A DNA stretch of 63,854 nt, counting the filler, from Folioceros fuciformis (taxonomy: Eukaryota), in the NCBI GenBank assembly GCA_049999805.1. It is 3 parts of 3 records of this genome, joined end to end, with 100 filler letters (N's around TTAATTAATTAA, not from the genome) between each part and the next. Parts side by side here need not be neighbours in the genome. Positions count along the whole stretch, not along the records: positions 43,962 to 63,854 come from JBNGIO010004146.1; 2 more parts are not named here. The stretch is one strand, 5' to 3'. Positions 62,966-63,854 of this stretch are shown in pieces. The position numbers and the translations under genes are program-made. The notes below the pieces were generated by a model. The model did no database searches, was not told the DNA's origin, and saw only the letters and a list, made by a program, of their open reading frames with translations. Position 1 is the first letter of the stretch, and each line of letters begins with the position of its first letter.

Positions 62966-63854
62966 CTACCTTAAGGGTACCTAACTCCTCAGGACCCTCA
63001 CTTTTCACGCCCCAACTATCCAAGTCACACCTGGATGCTCCTACTCTCCCTGACTCCTGACGACCCCAGCTTCGGCCACTCCTTCAACCGCCTCGACCAC
63101 TCCATCGCCCTTATGACTACTTCTGCTCAAGACTACCTTCGTTTCCCTTCGGACAACCCCCGTTCCCCTCCGGGTAGCGGTCGTCCATTCGGCTACCTCA
63201 ATGGGTCCCACTTTCTCTCTCTCAGTCGCTCCGTCTCTCCTCTAACCTGCGTTTACCCTCTAATACTTACTTTACCAGTCCTTGCCTTCCAAACTGCCAG
63301 CAACTTACCTCCAGTCGCGCTCACCTACGAACTCACCGACCTCCGCCCTTACTCGCTAGCCCTTCAGCGCCTCAACTGAAACGCACCAGCGTTCGTCATG
63401 CACACATCTGCACTCAGAGGGTCGCGAAGGGACCTCTGGTAGTACAGTCCCAAATCTATTCACGTAACCCAAGCCCGAACCCAGGCCGTTTTGCTCTTAA
63501 TTGTCCTTTAGTTACACACACGCGAGGGTCTTGTCGGCGCTCGATCTCTCTGACTCAGCGACTCCTCTTTCATGGTTCCTCTTTCCCTCACACTCCAGGC
63601 ACTCGCCCTTAGGTCACAGCTACCTCTCTGCGATGCCTCCAACATTCCCCTTTTTAATTATAGTCTCTAGTCCACTCCTCCCTCACATGGATCTCGGCGG
63701 CTTCCACCATGCGGCCATCTCGTATTTCTGCCACCACTCTTCACCTCTCACAGACACACCCCCAGTCGCGCGGTCCTATCTTGACGACCGTTCAACGTCA
63801 TGCACTCACATTCGCTGCCTCTCTTGATCTTGCTTCTTCACTTGTTCACATTTT

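Overview
Eukaryotic (land-plant) nuclear DNA. The short GT-AG introns (mostly 65-140 nt), compact gene islands and a miR171-targeted HAM gene suggest a non-seed plant, but this is inference. Gene islands alternate with stacks of decayed Ty1/Copia LTR retrotransposons. Island 1 (2.1-11.3 kb, gap-free) holds a double polyketide-cyclase/SRPBCC protein (+), a peroxisomal KAPA synthase BioF ending in -SKL (-), and an ACX2-type acyl-CoA oxidase with a PTS2 (-) whose stop lies only 187 nt upstream of the BioF ATG. Further along are a putative 5-exon orphan gene (21.2-22.3 kb) and a HAM-type GRAS factor with a miR171 site (29.8-32.6 kb). Island 2 (44-50 kb) holds an RPAP3-like TPR gene, glycerophosphocholine acyltransferase and a small OB-fold protein. 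Two Copia elements are structurally complete (LTR pairs, PBS, PPT, 5-bp TSD). One of them has non-canonical TG...GA ends and a nested solo LTR. There are five 100-nt assembly gaps, two containing an artificial TTAATTAATTAA linker. The most interesting observation is the tight tandem ACX-BioF pair, a candidate peroxisomal pimeloyl-CoA/biotin co-expression unit. Exon boundaries were read by eye and no database searches were run.
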